A stretch of 64,000 nt of DNA from an uncultured virus (IMG/VR IMGVR_UViG_3300024319_000691). Taxonomy: Duplodnaviria > Heunggongvirae > Uroviricota > Caudoviricetes. The DNA is taken from the IMG/VR virus record IMGVR_UViG_3300024319_000691; one strand, written 5' to 3'. The position numbers were made by a program, and so were the translations under genes. The notes under the pieces were generated by a model. The model did not search any database, was not told where the DNA came from, and worked only from the letters and a program-made list of their open reading frames with translations. Positions 39,397-49,736 of this stretch are shown in pieces; within the stretch, counting starts at the first letter, position 1; each line of letters starts with the position of its first letter.

Positions 39397-41223
39397 ATGA
39401 GCGATTACGTAGGAGATAATATGTGGATTCCGAAAGGAGACAAAAGCGATCCTGGTCAAAAGCTGGTATGGTCGACTAAGAATGTTGATGATCTTTTAGT
39501 AGCACTAGATAAAGGATATCGCCCACAAGTTTCTATGCCCTTTTATGAGGGTAAGCAGTTTTTACGTAAGGGTAATATTGTATTTGAATATACTGAAGAG
39601 GAAATTGCAGAGCTGGCTAAATGCGCAAATGATATTGTTTATTTTGCAGAAAAGTATGCAGTAGTAATGACAGATGAAGGTATTCAACAGGTGAAACTTA
39701 GAGAATATCAAAAAGAATTATTACATAACTTTCAAAACGAAAGATTTAATATTGTATTAGCGGCCAGACAAATGGGTAAAACTGTAACGGCTTCTATTTT
39801 TAATGCATGGTATGTTACATTTAACTATGATAAAACTACTCTTCTTTTAGCTAATAAATCAGATTCAACAAAAGAAATTATAGATAAAGCAAAGGTAGTT
39901 ATTGAAAACCTTCCTTTCTTTATGAAACCAGGTATTATTAAGTATGACGTTATGAATGTACGTTCAGATAATGGATGTAGATTAGTAGGTCAATCAACTA
40001 CCGCAAAATCAGGTATTGGTTTTACTATTCATAACTTATATCTTGATGAGTTCGCACACATTCATCCAACTATAGTTGATTCATTCTATGAAAATGTATA
40101 TCCTACATTATCAGCTTCTAAGGTATCTAGAATTAATATTACTTCAACACCGAATGGATTTAATAAATTCTATGAAATTTATGCAGGTGCTGAAAAAGGA
40201 GAAAATGAATATACACCAACGAGAGTTGATTGGTGGCAGCATCCGGATAGAGATGATGCATGGTATGAAAGAGAACTTGGAAACTTAGGTTCTGAAGAAG
40301 CCTTTAATAGACAATATGGAAATGAATTCGTAAGTTCTTCTAATCTATTATTAAGCCCAATGGTTATGAAAACCATGAGAAAGAATTCACATGAATTTAT
40401 ATGGCATGATTTAGAAGATTTCGAAAATATACAAATAGATACAAAGGGAGTTTTAGGATTTCATAAAGACTTCGATCCTGAAGGAGCAAAAGAATCTAAT
40501 AGATTTTATTTGTTTTCAGTAGACATCGCAGAAGGCAACGGAGGTGATTACTCTGTAATTAATGTTTTCGAAGTAGAACCAATGGAAGATAAGGACATTA
40601 TTGATGCAGTGACACCCGGTGCAATGTATGACTTTTTTAGATTGAATCAAGTGGCAGTCTTTAGATCTAATGAACATGTTATTGAAGATTTTGCAAAGGT
40701 TCTATATACATTAGCTGTTGAGATATTTAATCCTGAAAATGTTAAGATGATTATAGAATTCAATACATACGGTTCTATCTTATTGAAATATTTACAAACA
40801 GTTTATCCTTCAAGAAATGAATTTGAAGACGAGATGGTATTAAGGTTTAAACATAGACATGATTCAAGAGCCTTAAAACCAGGTATAAAATTAAAAGCAG
40901 ATAACAAATCAGTGTTTTGCCAAAATTTTAAAAAATTAATTGAAAATAATAGAATAAAAATAAATGACACAGAAACTGTAAATGAAGCAAGTCTTTTCGG
41001 TAGTCTTAAAAATGGAAGCTATGGTGCTCAAATGGGTAATGATGATATCATTATGACAGGAATCACTGCCACTGAATTTTTTAACACTACAGATTATGCA
41101 GATTACATCGAAGAATTGCTAGATTTTATAGATCCTGAAAAGTATAAATTAATGGAAACTACTCTATATCAACAAAACGATTCAGCCGGAGATATGCAGT
41201 ATGATATTTATGATCTTATATAG
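39397..41223 (+). CDS. terminase large subunit (gp17-like)
   Basis: LREYQ, ARQMGKT, LYLDEFA, TSTPNG, SVDIAEG..GDYS, GNDD. Confidence 0.95.
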   Translation: MSDYVGDNMWIPKGDKSDPGQKLVWSTKNVDDLLVALDKGYRPQVSMPFYEGKQFLRKGNIVFEYTEEEIAELAKCANDIVYFAEKYAVVMTDEGIQQVKLREYQKELLHNFQNERFNIVLAARQMGKTVTASIFNAWYVTFNYDKTTLLLANKSDSTKEIIDKAKVVIENLPFFMKPGIIKYDVMNVRSDNGCRLVGQSTTAKSGIGFTIHNLYLDEFAHIHPTIVDSFYENVYPTLSASKVSRINITSTPNGFNKFYEIYAGAEKGENEYTPTRVDWWQHPDRDDAWYERELGNLGSEEAFNRQYGNEFVSSSNLLLSPMVMKTMRKNSHEFIWHDLEDFENIQIDTKGVLGFHKDFDPEGAKESNRFYLFSVDIAEGNGGDYSVINVFEVEPMEDKDIIDAVTPGAMYDFFRLNQVAVFRSNEHVIEDFAKVLYTLAVEIFNPENVKMIIEFNTYGSILLKYLQTVYPSRNEFEDEMVLRFKHRHDSRALKPGIKLKADNKSVFCQNFKKLIENNRIKINDTETVNEASLFGSLKNGSYGAQMGNDDIIMTGITATEFFNTTDYADYIEELLDFIDPEKYKLMETTLYQQNDSAGDMQYDIYDLI

Positions 41224-41244
41224 ACTAAACTCCAGATTTACACG

Positions 41245-41252
41245 GATATATA
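41245..41252 (+). promoter_or_regulatory. class 3 (late) motif GATATATA
   Basis: Motif match upstream of sheath. Confidence 0.55.
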
Positions 41253-41285
41253 GATTAACAAATAAAAAAATAAAATTAAATAACT

Positions 41286-43952
41286 ATGGCACTAAGTCCT
41301 CAATTATTACAATTCAAGAGTTCAGGCGTTTACAGATTGGAATTTGATAAATCTCAAACTGCTAATATTGACGTTTCTACTCTTAGGCTGGTTGTTGGTC
41401 ACTCAAGAAAGGGACCTTATAATACACCAGTATTAATCGAAAACGTTGAAGCATTCATTCAAGTATATGGAAACATTGACAAATCGTTAGAGAAAAAAGG
41501 AATGTTCTTCCACAGATCAGCTAAAGCTGCTCTTTCAAGAGGACCTATCCTAGCTCTTAACCTTGCTCAATTTGGAGTAAATGATTTAGCTTCAGCTGCA
41601 CAAATTTCAACAAACGGATCATATGAATCTGATCCAGTATCGAATAGATATTCAGCGCCGCTTCCAACGGATGTAGCATTTGAAGTAGGTGATCCTATTC
41701 CAGATACAGGATCTGTTCCAGTTGCAACTGCTATTACAGACGCTGCAGCAGCTACACTTTCAGTAGACGGTTTAACTTTAACACTAGCAGGTGTAGATTT
41801 AACATCTAGCCTAGCAGGTACTTTCTATTTACTTTCAGATGCAGGTAATGAACCTCATATTGCAGCAACAGCTGCGTTTGATGGTACAGATACTGTAATT
41901 ACAGCTTTAGCTGCTATCAATACAGCTCACGGTGGTGGTTCAACAAGTTTTGATATTTATGACAGTGCAGCGACTATTGCTCCCGATCAGTATACTCTAG
42001 CACAAGTTGAAGCTGATACGTTTTATACTTATCCTTCACTAGGTCATCAGACTGGAGACTATACTTATTCAAGTTTCTTTGACACTGATAAATTTATGAT
42101 TCCTTCTGATGAGAAATTATTACAAACATTAGGTGAAGATGCTAACCAAGTTTTAAACTTTGTTAATATTAAACAAACACCAATCACAGTTTTCACAAGA
42201 AAAGCGCAAGATACGGCTGGATTTGATGTTACTGCAAGAGAATGGTATGGAGAAGGAAATGTTCCAGCATATTTAAATGACAAAGATTTAATGTCAGATT
42301 ATATGATTGATGTATTTGTATTCAAAGGTCAATTTGATGCTGCAGCAATGGACACCGATCCAGTTTATGGATTTTACTTCGACAGTAAAGGTTTAAGAAA
42401 AGAGCTAATAGAACAATTTGCAAATTTAAGACAAGTTGAAATGATAGGTTCTTATTCTGGTTCAATGCTTCCAGGTTTTAAAGACTTAGAAGGAAGAAAC
42501 GTATATATCGAAACAATGATTAACGCTGAAGCAAGAAGAACAGGTTTATTCTGTGCAATTGCTGAAGATTTAGTAACTGATGAATCTGGAGATACTCCAA
42601 TTGATTTAGTTGGTCACACATTTGACGAAGACGGATCAGATCAAGTAGTATTATCTTACGATGTTGAAATGAGATCAATAGCATTACCTAACGCTGATGT
42701 ATATGCCGCGGAAGGAGAAGATGCAAAATTTACTTTTAACGATCCTAATCATCCAAAGCCAGAAATTACAAAAGGAAACTATATTAGAGTAGGTGAAAGA
42801 TTAGCTTTAGTTAAACAAGTATCAGTTGAAAAAACAGATTTAGTAACTATATGGACTGTTAAATTATCAGAAGCAGCTCCTTTAGTAGCTCCTTCAGTTT
42901 ATGTTGAATCTTTAGAAGATGCAGCTGAGTCATATACTCCATTTGTATTAAATGGTGCTCAAATTGAAGCAGAAACTATTTTCTCATGTTTAGAAGCTAT
43001 TAAAGTAGGAACAGGATTAGCAACTGGTTTAGTAGATAAAGATGCAATCGAATTTAGATATATTGTTGATACATTTGGTTCTTTTGATAATCAATTAAGA
43101 GATAAAATCCAATTATCTCAATTAGCAAAAGAAAGACAAAATGCATCAGCTATATTAAATGCACCAATGGTAAAAGATTTTAAAGCATCTACGGATCCTT
43201 CATTTATCAATGCATTTAGCCAGTCATTCCAAACTTCATACATTCCAGAAGGAGGTAACTTAGATTTAAATCCAACATCCTTATACACATTACCAAGTAT
43301 CGCAGATGGTGCAAATTACGCATTCTACTACGGTCCTGGTCTTATTGTAAGAGAAAATGGAAAAGACATCATGGTTCCACCAGCTGCGTATGTATCTAAT
43401 AACTATATTGATAAATACACAGATGCTTTACCATGGTCAATTGTTGCTGGTCCTAGAAGAGGAGTTGTTGCTGGCCCTAATGTTGTAGGTGCTGAATACT
43501 CTTTTGACAAAGCAGACAGAGACATTTTAGAGCCATTTGGTTATAATCCAATTGTATTCCAAAGAGGAGTTGGTTTAACTATCTTAGGAAATAAAACTGC
43601 ACAGCAGTCTATTAAATCATCACTATCTTCAGCTCACGTTAGAGAAGTGTTAATTTACATTCAAGATGCAATGGCAGATATCCTTAAAGATTACGTATTC
43701 GAATTTAACAATGCACAAACTAGATTAGAAATCAAAACTCTAGCAGATTCATTAATGGAATCAGTTAGACAAGATGGTGGTGTATACGATTTCAAAAACG
43801 TAATGGATCAATCAAATAACACAGGTGAGGTAATTGACAACAACATAGGTATCATAGATACATTTGTTGAGCCAGTTAAAGGTTTAGAAATAGTTGTGCA
43901 TAGAACAACAATTTTAAATACTGGTGAAATTTCAACCGGAAACTTTAGTTAA
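41286..43952 (+). CDS. tail sheath protein (gp18-like)
   Basis: SSGVYRLEFD, KGPYNTPV, PWSIVAGPRRG, GNKT, FEFNN. Confidence 0.9.
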   Translation: MALSPQLLQFKSSGVYRLEFDKSQTANIDVSTLRLVVGHSRKGPYNTPVLIENVEAFIQVYGNIDKSLEKKGMFFHRSAKAALSRGPILALNLAQFGVNDLASAAQISTNGSYESDPVSNRYSAPLPTDVAFEVGDPIPDTGSVPVATAITDAAAATLSVDGLTLTLAGVDLTSSLAGTFYLLSDAGNEPHIAATAAFDGTDTVITALAAINTAHGGGSTSFDIYDSAATIAPDQYTLAQVEADTFYTYPSLGHQTGDYTYSSFFDTDKFMIPSDEKLLQTLGEDANQVLNFVNIKQTPITVFTRKAQDTAGFDVTAREWYGEGNVPAYLNDKDLMSDYMIDVFVFKGQFDAAAMDTDPVYGFYFDSKGLRKELIEQFANLRQVEMIGSYSGSMLPGFKDLEGRNVYIETMINAEARRTGLFCAIAEDLVTDESGDTPIDLVGHTFDEDGSDQVVLSYDVEMRSIALPNADVYAAEGEDAKFTFNDPNHPKPEITKGNYIRVGERLALVKQVSVEKTDLVTIWTVKLSEAAPLVAPSVYVESLEDAAESYTPFVLNGAQIEAETIFSCLEAIKVGTGLATGLVDKDAIEFRYIVDTFGSFDNQLRDKIQLSQLAKERQNASAILNAPMVKDFKASTDPSFINAFSQSFQTSYIPEGGNLDLNPTSLYTLPSIADGANYAFYYGPGLIVRENGKDIMVPPAAYVSNNYIDKYTDALPWSIVAGPRRGVVAGPNVVGAEYSFDKADRDILEPFGYNPIVFQRGVGLTILGNKTAQQSIKSSLSSAHVREVLIYIQDAMADILKDYVFEFNNAQTRLEIKTLADSLMESVRQDGGVYDFKNVMDQSNNTGEVIDNNIGIIDTFVEPVKGLEIVVHRTTILNTGEISTGNFS

Positions 43953-43955
43953 GAA

Positions 43956-43963
43956 GATATATA
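43956..43963 (+). promoter_or_regulatory. class 3 (late) motif GATATATA
   Basis: Motif match. Confidence 0.5.
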
Positions 43964-43988
43964 ATAAAAAATAAAACAATAAAGACTT

Positions 43989-44543
43989 ATGGCTTTACCA
44001 CACTATTCACAAGATCAAACTAGTAAGGCGGGTAGACAATTCGAACCAGTACAAGGAAACTTATTTGAGGTAACTATTTTACCTCCAGCTGGCGTTTCTG
44101 ATGCTCCACTATTACTACAACACGTTAACACTATTGGCGGGTTGGAATTATACAAAGATGCAGGTACCGTCGAACAGAAATACAAGTTCTCAAAAAGATC
44201 TTATGCTGGTATGCCAGATGATACTTCACTTACAGTGGCTATCAATTTCTCTTTGAACTTAAACGACGCTAACCAAGCTTATTTATATAAAACAATGAGA
44301 CAATGGTATAACTTAGCTTACAATCCACAAACTGGAGAAATGGGCTTAAAGAAAGACTATACTGGAACAATAGTAATCGTTCAATTTAACAGAGCTGGAG
44401 ATATTTTCAGAACTGTAACATTAGAAGATTGCTGGATTTCTTCTGGACTTCCATTCACTAACGACTTAAGTTATGAATCTCCAGAAGCTGCTGCTTTAGA
44501 CGTATCATGGAGATGTGATACCTTTAAAGAAGTATTAGCTTAA
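43989..44543 (+). CDS. tail tube protein (gp19-like)
   Basis: Follows sheath; NLFEV, YAG, W.....YNPQTG, QFNRAG. Confidence 0.8.
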   Translation: MALPHYSQDQTSKAGRQFEPVQGNLFEVTILPPAGVSDAPLLLQHVNTIGGLELYKDAGTVEQKYKFSKRSYAGMPDDTSLTVAINFSLNLNDANQAYLYKTMRQWYNLAYNPQTGEMGLKKDYTGTIVIVQFNRAGDIFRTVTLEDCWISSGLPFTNDLSYESPEAAALDVSWRCDTFKEVLA

Positions 44544-44554
44544 TTTATTAAAAG

Positions 44555-44586
44555 TAGGACGGCTTTAATTAGTTCGTCCTATTTTT
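44555..44586 (+). terminator. intrinsic terminator
   Basis: TAGGACG...CGTCCTA followed by T-run. Confidence 0.6.
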
Positions 44587-44620
44587 ATGAAACTAAAATA
44601 TAATATAATGATATAATAAT

Positions 44621-44839
44621 ATGTCCAGTAAACTAACGAAGAAATTACAGGTATTACTCTCTGAAGAAGAAGTGTTTATCATAAACAGGATTATACTAAA
44701 CGAGGCGATTGAAAATGGAGAGAGACCGGTTTCAGTTTCGGCGTTTATCAGAGACTTAATAAGACAAGAAATAGATAAAAAAAGCGATCTTCAAAAGAGT
44801 TGGGATCGAAATAGAATTAAACAACTCAAATCTAAATAA
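44621..44839 (+). CDS. small ribbon-helix-helix-like protein
   Basis: KKLQVLLSEEE...SVSAFIRDLIRQEI. Confidence 0.5.
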   Translation: MSSKLTKKLQVLLSEEEVFIINRIILNEAIENGERPVSVSAFIRDLIRQEIDKKSDLQKSWDRNRIKQLKSK

Positions 44840-44845
44840 TAAAAC

Positions 44846-45817
44846 ATGAGCAAAGACAAAAACAAAAAAGAAGAAGAAATCAATTTAGACGATCAATACA
44901 AAGCTATTGTTGAAGCTAATGAGAACGAATCTTCAGTAGAATCAGAAGAGCCTAAGAATTTAGGTAAAGTTGATATGTCTAGATTTCAACCAGCTGAAGC
45001 AAAGGAAGCTGATTTTCATTTAGGATATCATTCAGTTAAAATAGATTCACTACCGTCAGGTGGAATGTTCTATACTCCAGATACTGAAATTTCTATTAGA
45101 TCTGCAAAGGTTGCAGAGATTAGACATTTCTCTACCATGGACGAAACCAACATTCTAGATGTAGATGAAAAATTAAATGCTATAGTAGAGTCATGTCTTA
45201 GAATAACTTCTAAGAAAAAAAGACTTTCATATAAGGATATTTTAGAAGAAGATAGATTTTGGTTAATTTTAGCAATCAGAGATTTAACTTTCCCTGAGCC
45301 TGAAAATGCATTAACTGTTAAGTATCAAGATAAGAGAGGTGTTTCTCACGATGCATCAATTGATAAGAAATATTTTCAATACTTTTCTATTCCAGAAGAA
45401 TTAGATAAATATTACGATCAAGATAAAAGAACCTTTATTATTGAGACAAAATCATTTGGTAACATTGAAATGAGACCTCCTACAATTGGTCTAATGCAAA
45501 AGGTTACTAAGTATATTAAAGAAAAGCAAGAAAAGGGATTACAGGCTGATCAGTCTTTAATTCAATTAATTCCATATCTATATACAGATTGGAGAGGCTT
45601 TGATGATAAATCAATCTTTAATTTTGAAGTAGAATTAAACGGATGGAACAATAGAAAATATGCTTTAGTATATAAACTCGCTGAAAAAATGAAAGTCGGA
45701 ATTCAACCTGAGATGTTGGTAACGCATGAGGATGACGAGGTCCTCGTTCCGATTGGGTTTCGTGACGGAATCAAATCTATTTTCCTTGTTCAGGATATCG
45801 CTGGAGAACTTCTTTAA
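44846..45817 (+). CDS. baseplate hub/tail assembly protein (gp26-like, duplicated domain)
   Basis: LPSGG, IRSAKVAE, DRFWLILAIR, MRPPT. Confidence 0.6.
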   Translation: MSKDKNKKEEEINLDDQYKAIVEANENESSVESEEPKNLGKVDMSRFQPAEAKEADFHLGYHSVKIDSLPSGGMFYTPDTEISIRSAKVAEIRHFSTMDETNILDVDEKLNAIVESCLRITSKKKRLSYKDILEEDRFWLILAIRDLTFPEPENALTVKYQDKRGVSHDASIDKKYFQYFSIPEELDKYYDQDKRTFIIETKSFGNIEMRPPTIGLMQKVTKYIKEKQEKGLQADQSLIQLIPYLYTDWRGFDDKSIFNFEVELNGWNNRKYALVYKLAEKMKVGIQPEMLVTHEDDEVLVPIGFRDGIKSIFLVQDIAGELL

Positions 45818-46034
45818 AACTAAGTTCTACCTTTATAAGCATCTTTCAATACAACCCTCTGAACTTGAAAACATGGAATATTATGAATTCCATTATATTG
45901 TCAAGGAGTTAATTGAAATGATTAAAGCTGAAAACGAAGCGAACAAAGGGCAAAATGATCAAACTAACGAGATGATGGGAAGTATGAAAATGCCTTCTTT
46001 CAAAATGCCAAGTTTCAACATGCCTAAAATGTAA
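45726..46034 (+). CDS. gp51-like tail/hub assembly protein (start uncertain)
   Basis: SLENFFKTKFYL...SELENMEYYE...L resembles the small gp51-like ORFs that follow gp26. Confidence 0.55.
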   Translation: MRMTRSSFRLGFVTESNLFSLFRISLENFFKTKFYLYKHLSIQPSELENMEYYEFHYIVKELIEMIKAENEANKGQNDQTNEMMGSMKMPSFKMPSFNMPKM

Positions 46035-46037
46035 TAG

Positions 46038-46070
46038 AAAAAGGAGGTCCTAGATTGGACCTCCTTTTAT
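46038..46070 (+). terminator. intrinsic terminator
   Basis: AAAAGGAGGTCC-tagatt-GGACCTCCTTTT. Confidence 0.75.
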
Positions 46071-46073
46071 TTA

Positions 46074-46081
46074 GATATATA
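46074..46081 (+). promoter_or_regulatory. class 3 (late) motif GATATATA
   Basis: Motif match. Confidence 0.5.
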
Positions 46082-46106
46082 CTAAAAGAAAATAACATAT
46101 ATTGCG

Positions 46107-46553
46107 ATGAAAAAAGTAAAATCATATAATAATTTCGTAAACGAATCTTTAATTACTGAAATTATAGATCCTATCACCTTAACATTTGCTATAGCAGGAA
46201 TAGGTATAGCGTTTGGACCTGAAATCATGAAAGCATATAGATCGAGAAAAATATCTAATGCAGATCTTAAAGATCTTACGAAGATGTTATCTAAGGCTAA
46301 AGCTAAGGCAAAGAAATATGAAAGACAAGGTCTAGATCATGATTCTGCAGAAGCACAGTCTGAAGTAGATCATATTGAAGCAAGAATAGATGATCTTCGA
46401 GGTGAAATGAGTAACCATGATGAAATTATTAAAGATTTTGAAAAGGATAAAAAGACACATAAGGAACTAGAACAGGAACTTAAAGATGTTGATCCTGAAG
46501 TTTTAAGAAAGGCATTAAGAGATGCAAAGAAAGAAGCTTCTAAATTAAAATAA
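46107..46553 (+). CDS. putative internal head protein (capsid-targeting-like N-terminus, hydrophobic segment)
   Basis: MKKVKSYNNFVNES; ITLTFAIAGIGIAFG. Confidence 0.55.
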   Translation: MKKVKSYNNFVNESLITEIIDPITLTFAIAGIGIAFGPEIMKAYRSRKISNADLKDLTKMLSKAKAKAKKYERQGLDHDSAEAQSEVDHIEARIDDLRGEMSNHDEIIKDFEKDKKTHKELEQELKDVDPEVLRKALRDAKKEASKLK

Positions 46554-46570
46554 AAGCCCGCAATACCTAA

Positions 46571-49500
46571 ATGGCAAACACCAACTCCGAAAAGGCGTTA
46601 ATGGGATTCGCAATGAGTTCCAACTCGCTTCTGCAGAAAATAGAGGCTATAGAGAATCAAACCAGAGATACTTTATTTAGAATAGAGAGTATCATGGTTA
46701 CGAGTTTCTCTGTTACACAGGGTATTGCCGCAAGTCTTACTGAAAACAACAAAATACTTAAAGAAATAAAGGAAATCATTTCCAGAAAAAGCGAGGCTGA
46801 AAAGGCTCAATTTGGAGGTGGTGGAGGAATAAGTAAACTTCTAGGACTAGGAGGGTTTATCGCACTTACAGGAATAGGAATGTTCGGTCTAGCGATGGCA
46901 TTTCAAGAAGCAGGTAAGGTAAGTCCTACGGCTATAGTTTCGGGTGTTGCTTTATTCGCAGCAATGTTCCCTATTGCAAAAATCCTAGGAGCTATAATGG
47001 CAGATCCTAGTAGTGGTGGAGTTTTTGGTCAAATCAAGGTAATGAAAAAACTAGTTTTAACAATGGGTATGTCTATGTTAATGTTAGTTGCTATGTCATT
47101 GGCATTAAACTCAATGGCACCTGTAAGTGGTGATAAATTAGTGGCCGCTCTGGCAATCGGTGCAGTTATCTATATAATGGGTCAAACTTTCGTTCAATTA
47201 ATTAAGGCATGGGAATTTTCAGGTATTATGAATTTTATGCTTAATAAGAATAACACCGATGATATTATGAGGGCCATGTTCCTTATGACTATTCAAATGG
47301 TTGTTTTAGCAGCTGCAATGAATTTAATGCCATCTGTTAAAATGGATGATGCATTTAATTTTGTAATAATATCAGCAGCAATGATACCTCTTGCAGTTGC
47401 CCTAGTTGCAATGAGATTTGCACTTCCAGCTATTGAAAAGATAAAGGTAGGCACTATTGCTAAAGCAGGTTTAGCGGTTGCAATGCTAGGATTAGCTCTA
47501 GTTCCTGTTGCGATGGCAGCGAGGCTAGTTGGTAAGGTAGGAATATCGGAACAGGAAATTTCTAGATTAGTAAGTATTACAATGGCACTTGCACCTTTAA
47601 TAGCTGTAATAGGAGTTATCACTGCAATTATTAATTTTGCAAAAGAAGGTAGAGTTAATAAATCTGCAAGTGGAGGTAATTCTCTACTTAAACAAGATAA
47701 TTCTAGAAAGAGAAATCAGAAAATGAATTTAAAAGGAATTGCAATATTTGGTCTACAAGCCGTTGTTATTCTCGGAGTATTAGCCCTTACTGCAGTTGCC
47801 TTCAAATTTGGAGCGCCAATGATAGCAGCGGGTGCACAAGCCGCTAGGCAAATTGACATGATAGGTGTAATGAAATTAATGTTTACATTAGGAGGATTAT
47901 TATTAATAGGAGGTCTTGTAATAGGGATGACAATTAAAATGATGAAGGGTAAGCAAAAATCACAAAAAACTGGACTTATACCAGGAATGGGATCTAGTTC
48001 AGAAAAACCAGGAGCATTATCAAAGCAAGATTTAATAGCATCCATGGTAATATTACCAATTATAGTATTATCAATGGCAGCAGCAGTTATGGCATTTAAA
48101 TTAATGCCATCTATTCCTAAAATAGAAGATGGATTCTTATCGTTTGTATTTATTACAGGTATTGCAATATTTATATACGGATTTGCAATGGCAAAGGTGT
48201 TTAGCGCATTAGCAGGTAAGTCTAAAGGTCCAGGTGCAGGAATGTTTGGTTTTGGAGGTTCATCTAAAAGAGGAAAATTAGGTATTAAAGATATATTACT
48301 AGCGGCACTTATGGTTCCTATAGTAGCATTAGCTATTGTCGGAGCAGCTTATGTATTTCAAATGATGCCAGCTACTTCTGCGGAGATGGCACCTGATTTG
48401 ATGTGGGCTTTAAAATCATCAATCGCATTAATGATATTTGGTGGAGCGATGATAATAATTGGAAAGCTTGCTAAGAATATGGATTTTAAAGCAGCAGCTA
48501 AAGCAATGTTAGTAGTTGCTCTTGCAGCACTAACTATATTATTGGTTGCATTTGCATTTAGTCTCGCTGGAGACATATCTTACGGAGAAGCGCCACCACT
48601 TCCATGGTCAGTTGGTGTAGGAATAGCTCTATTTATATTAGGTGGTGTAATTTTAGCCCTTGGTGCAATTGCGACAGTAGTAACTCCTGTAGGGATATTA
48701 TTAGGTGCTCTTACCGTATTAGTAGGTGCAGCTGTATTGTATGCTGTTGCATGGATATTTACACAAATTGGTAAAATTGACGGTCTTAAAGAAGCTGCTC
48801 AAACAATAACCGATGTTTTATTTATGCCATTTAATGCAATGGTAGATTTATTTAAAAGATTTAAAGATGAGATAGGAATAGAAAACATGGGAGGACTTGC
48901 AGCTGGTATAGGTCAAATAGCACTTGCATGGATAGGTCTTTCTATGGCACTTGCTGGTTCTGCAGCATCTGGATTATTTTCTAAGCTAGCAGGAGTTGGA
49001 GGAGCAATATTAGATGGTATAACATCCTTTCTAGGAGGAGATGTAGAAATGACACCATCTCAATTATTAAAATATTTAGTTAGAAATGCTGAAAAATTAG
49101 TAGTTACTGGAAATGCAATACAAATGGTATCAAAGGCATACACTAATGTAGCGGGTATGAGTGAGGCATTTATTGCTGGAATAGCTCCATTTGGAGAATT
49201 CGTAAACAGGTTGGGAAGTTATACCGGTACTCTTGCTAGCGAAAATATGAAAGGTCTTTCTAAAGCTTATGGACAATATGCTAAAGCTAACAATTCCTTA
49301 GACGTAACTAAAGTTGAAGCAACTACAAAGATGTTTAACGCACTTGCAGATCTTGCTAAAAATAATGGTGAAAATGCAATGAAAGTTCTTGCTGATCAAT
49401 TATTAAACGCAGTAGCACAATTATCGGATGCTGTTGCAGATCTAGATAGAGCAGTTGCTAAGCAAGGTAAATCTACTGGCGGATTTGGAGATGCAGTTTC

Positions 49501-49663
49501 TGGAGCTATTGATAAATTTAAAGAAGTAGTTACTGGAAATACCAAAAAGGTAGAAGCAATGACTCCAAAGGCCGGAAGCAATGCAGATATCATAGAAGCG
49601 ATTCAAGATTTAGAAGATACATTAGTGGCTTCAGGAATCAAGATCAAGCAATCTGCATATTAA
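46571..49663 (+). CDS. tape measure-like protein
   Basis: 1030 aa, Ala/Gly-rich helical and hydrophobic repeats, downstream of tube and gp26/gp51-like genes. Confidence 0.65.
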   Translation: MANTNSEKALMGFAMSSNSLLQKIEAIENQTRDTLFRIESIMVTSFSVTQGIAASLTENNKILKEIKEIISRKSEAEKAQFGGGGGISKLLGLGGFIALTGIGMFGLAMAFQEAGKVSPTAIVSGVALFAAMFPIAKILGAIMADPSSGGVFGQIKVMKKLVLTMGMSMLMLVAMSLALNSMAPVSGDKLVAALAIGAVIYIMGQTFVQLIKAWEFSGIMNFMLNKNNTDDIMRAMFLMTIQMVVLAAAMNLMPSVKMDDAFNFVIISAAMIPLAVALVAMRFALPAIEKIKVGTIAKAGLAVAMLGLALVPVAMAARLVGKVGISEQEISRLVSITMALAPLIAVIGVITAIINFAKEGRVNKSASGGNSLLKQDNSRKRNQKMNLKGIAIFGLQAVVILGVLALTAVAFKFGAPMIAAGAQAARQIDMIGVMKLMFTLGGLLLIGGLVIGMTIKMMKGKQKSQKTGLIPGMGSSSEKPGALSKQDLIASMVILPIIVLSMAAAVMAFKLMPSIPKIEDGFLSFVFITGIAIFIYGFAMAKVFSALAGKSKGPGAGMFGFGGSSKRGKLGIKDILLAALMVPIVALAIVGAAYVFQMMPATSAEMAPDLMWALKSSIALMIFGGAMIIIGKLAKNMDFKAAAKAMLVVALAALTILLVAFAFSLAGDISYGEAPPLPWSVGVGIALFILGGVILALGAIATVVTPVGILLGALTVLVGAAVLYAVAWIFTQIGKIDGLKEAAQTITDVLFMPFNAMVDLFKRFKDEIGIENMGGLAAGIGQIALAWIGLSMALAGSAASGLFSKLAGVGGAILDGITSFLGGDVEMTPSQLLKYLVRNAEKLVVTGNAIQMVSKAYTNVAGMSEAFIAGIAPFGEFVNRLGSYTGTLASENMKGLSKAYGQYAKANNSLDVTKVEATTKMFNALADLAKNNGENAMKVLADQLLNAVAQLSDAVADLDRAVAKQGKSTGGFGDAVSGAIDKFKEVVTGNTKKVEAMTPKAGSNADIIEAIQDLEDTLVASGIKIKQSAY

Positions 49664-49666
49664 CTG

Positions 49667-49693
49667 AAACAACCCCCTCTTATTTAGTATAAT
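49667..49693 (+). promoter_or_regulatory. class 2 promoter AAAC-N17-TATAAT
   Basis: Motif match upstream of ORF 49737 and the tRNAs. Confidence 0.6.
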
Positions 49694-49736
49694 TAATAGT
49701 TCTTTGACAGCTATACTTAAAAATAAACACAAGTAT

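Noticed and set aside
47293..49593. Minus-strand ORFs within the tape-measure-like gene, and similar short antisense ORFs throughout
   Set aside because: Fully nested opposite strong + strand genes, with no recognisable motifs or promoters
46571..49663. Interpretation as a multi-pass transporter
   Set aside because: Position in the tail module and repetitive Ala/Gly-rich helices fit a tape measure protein better; not fully excluded
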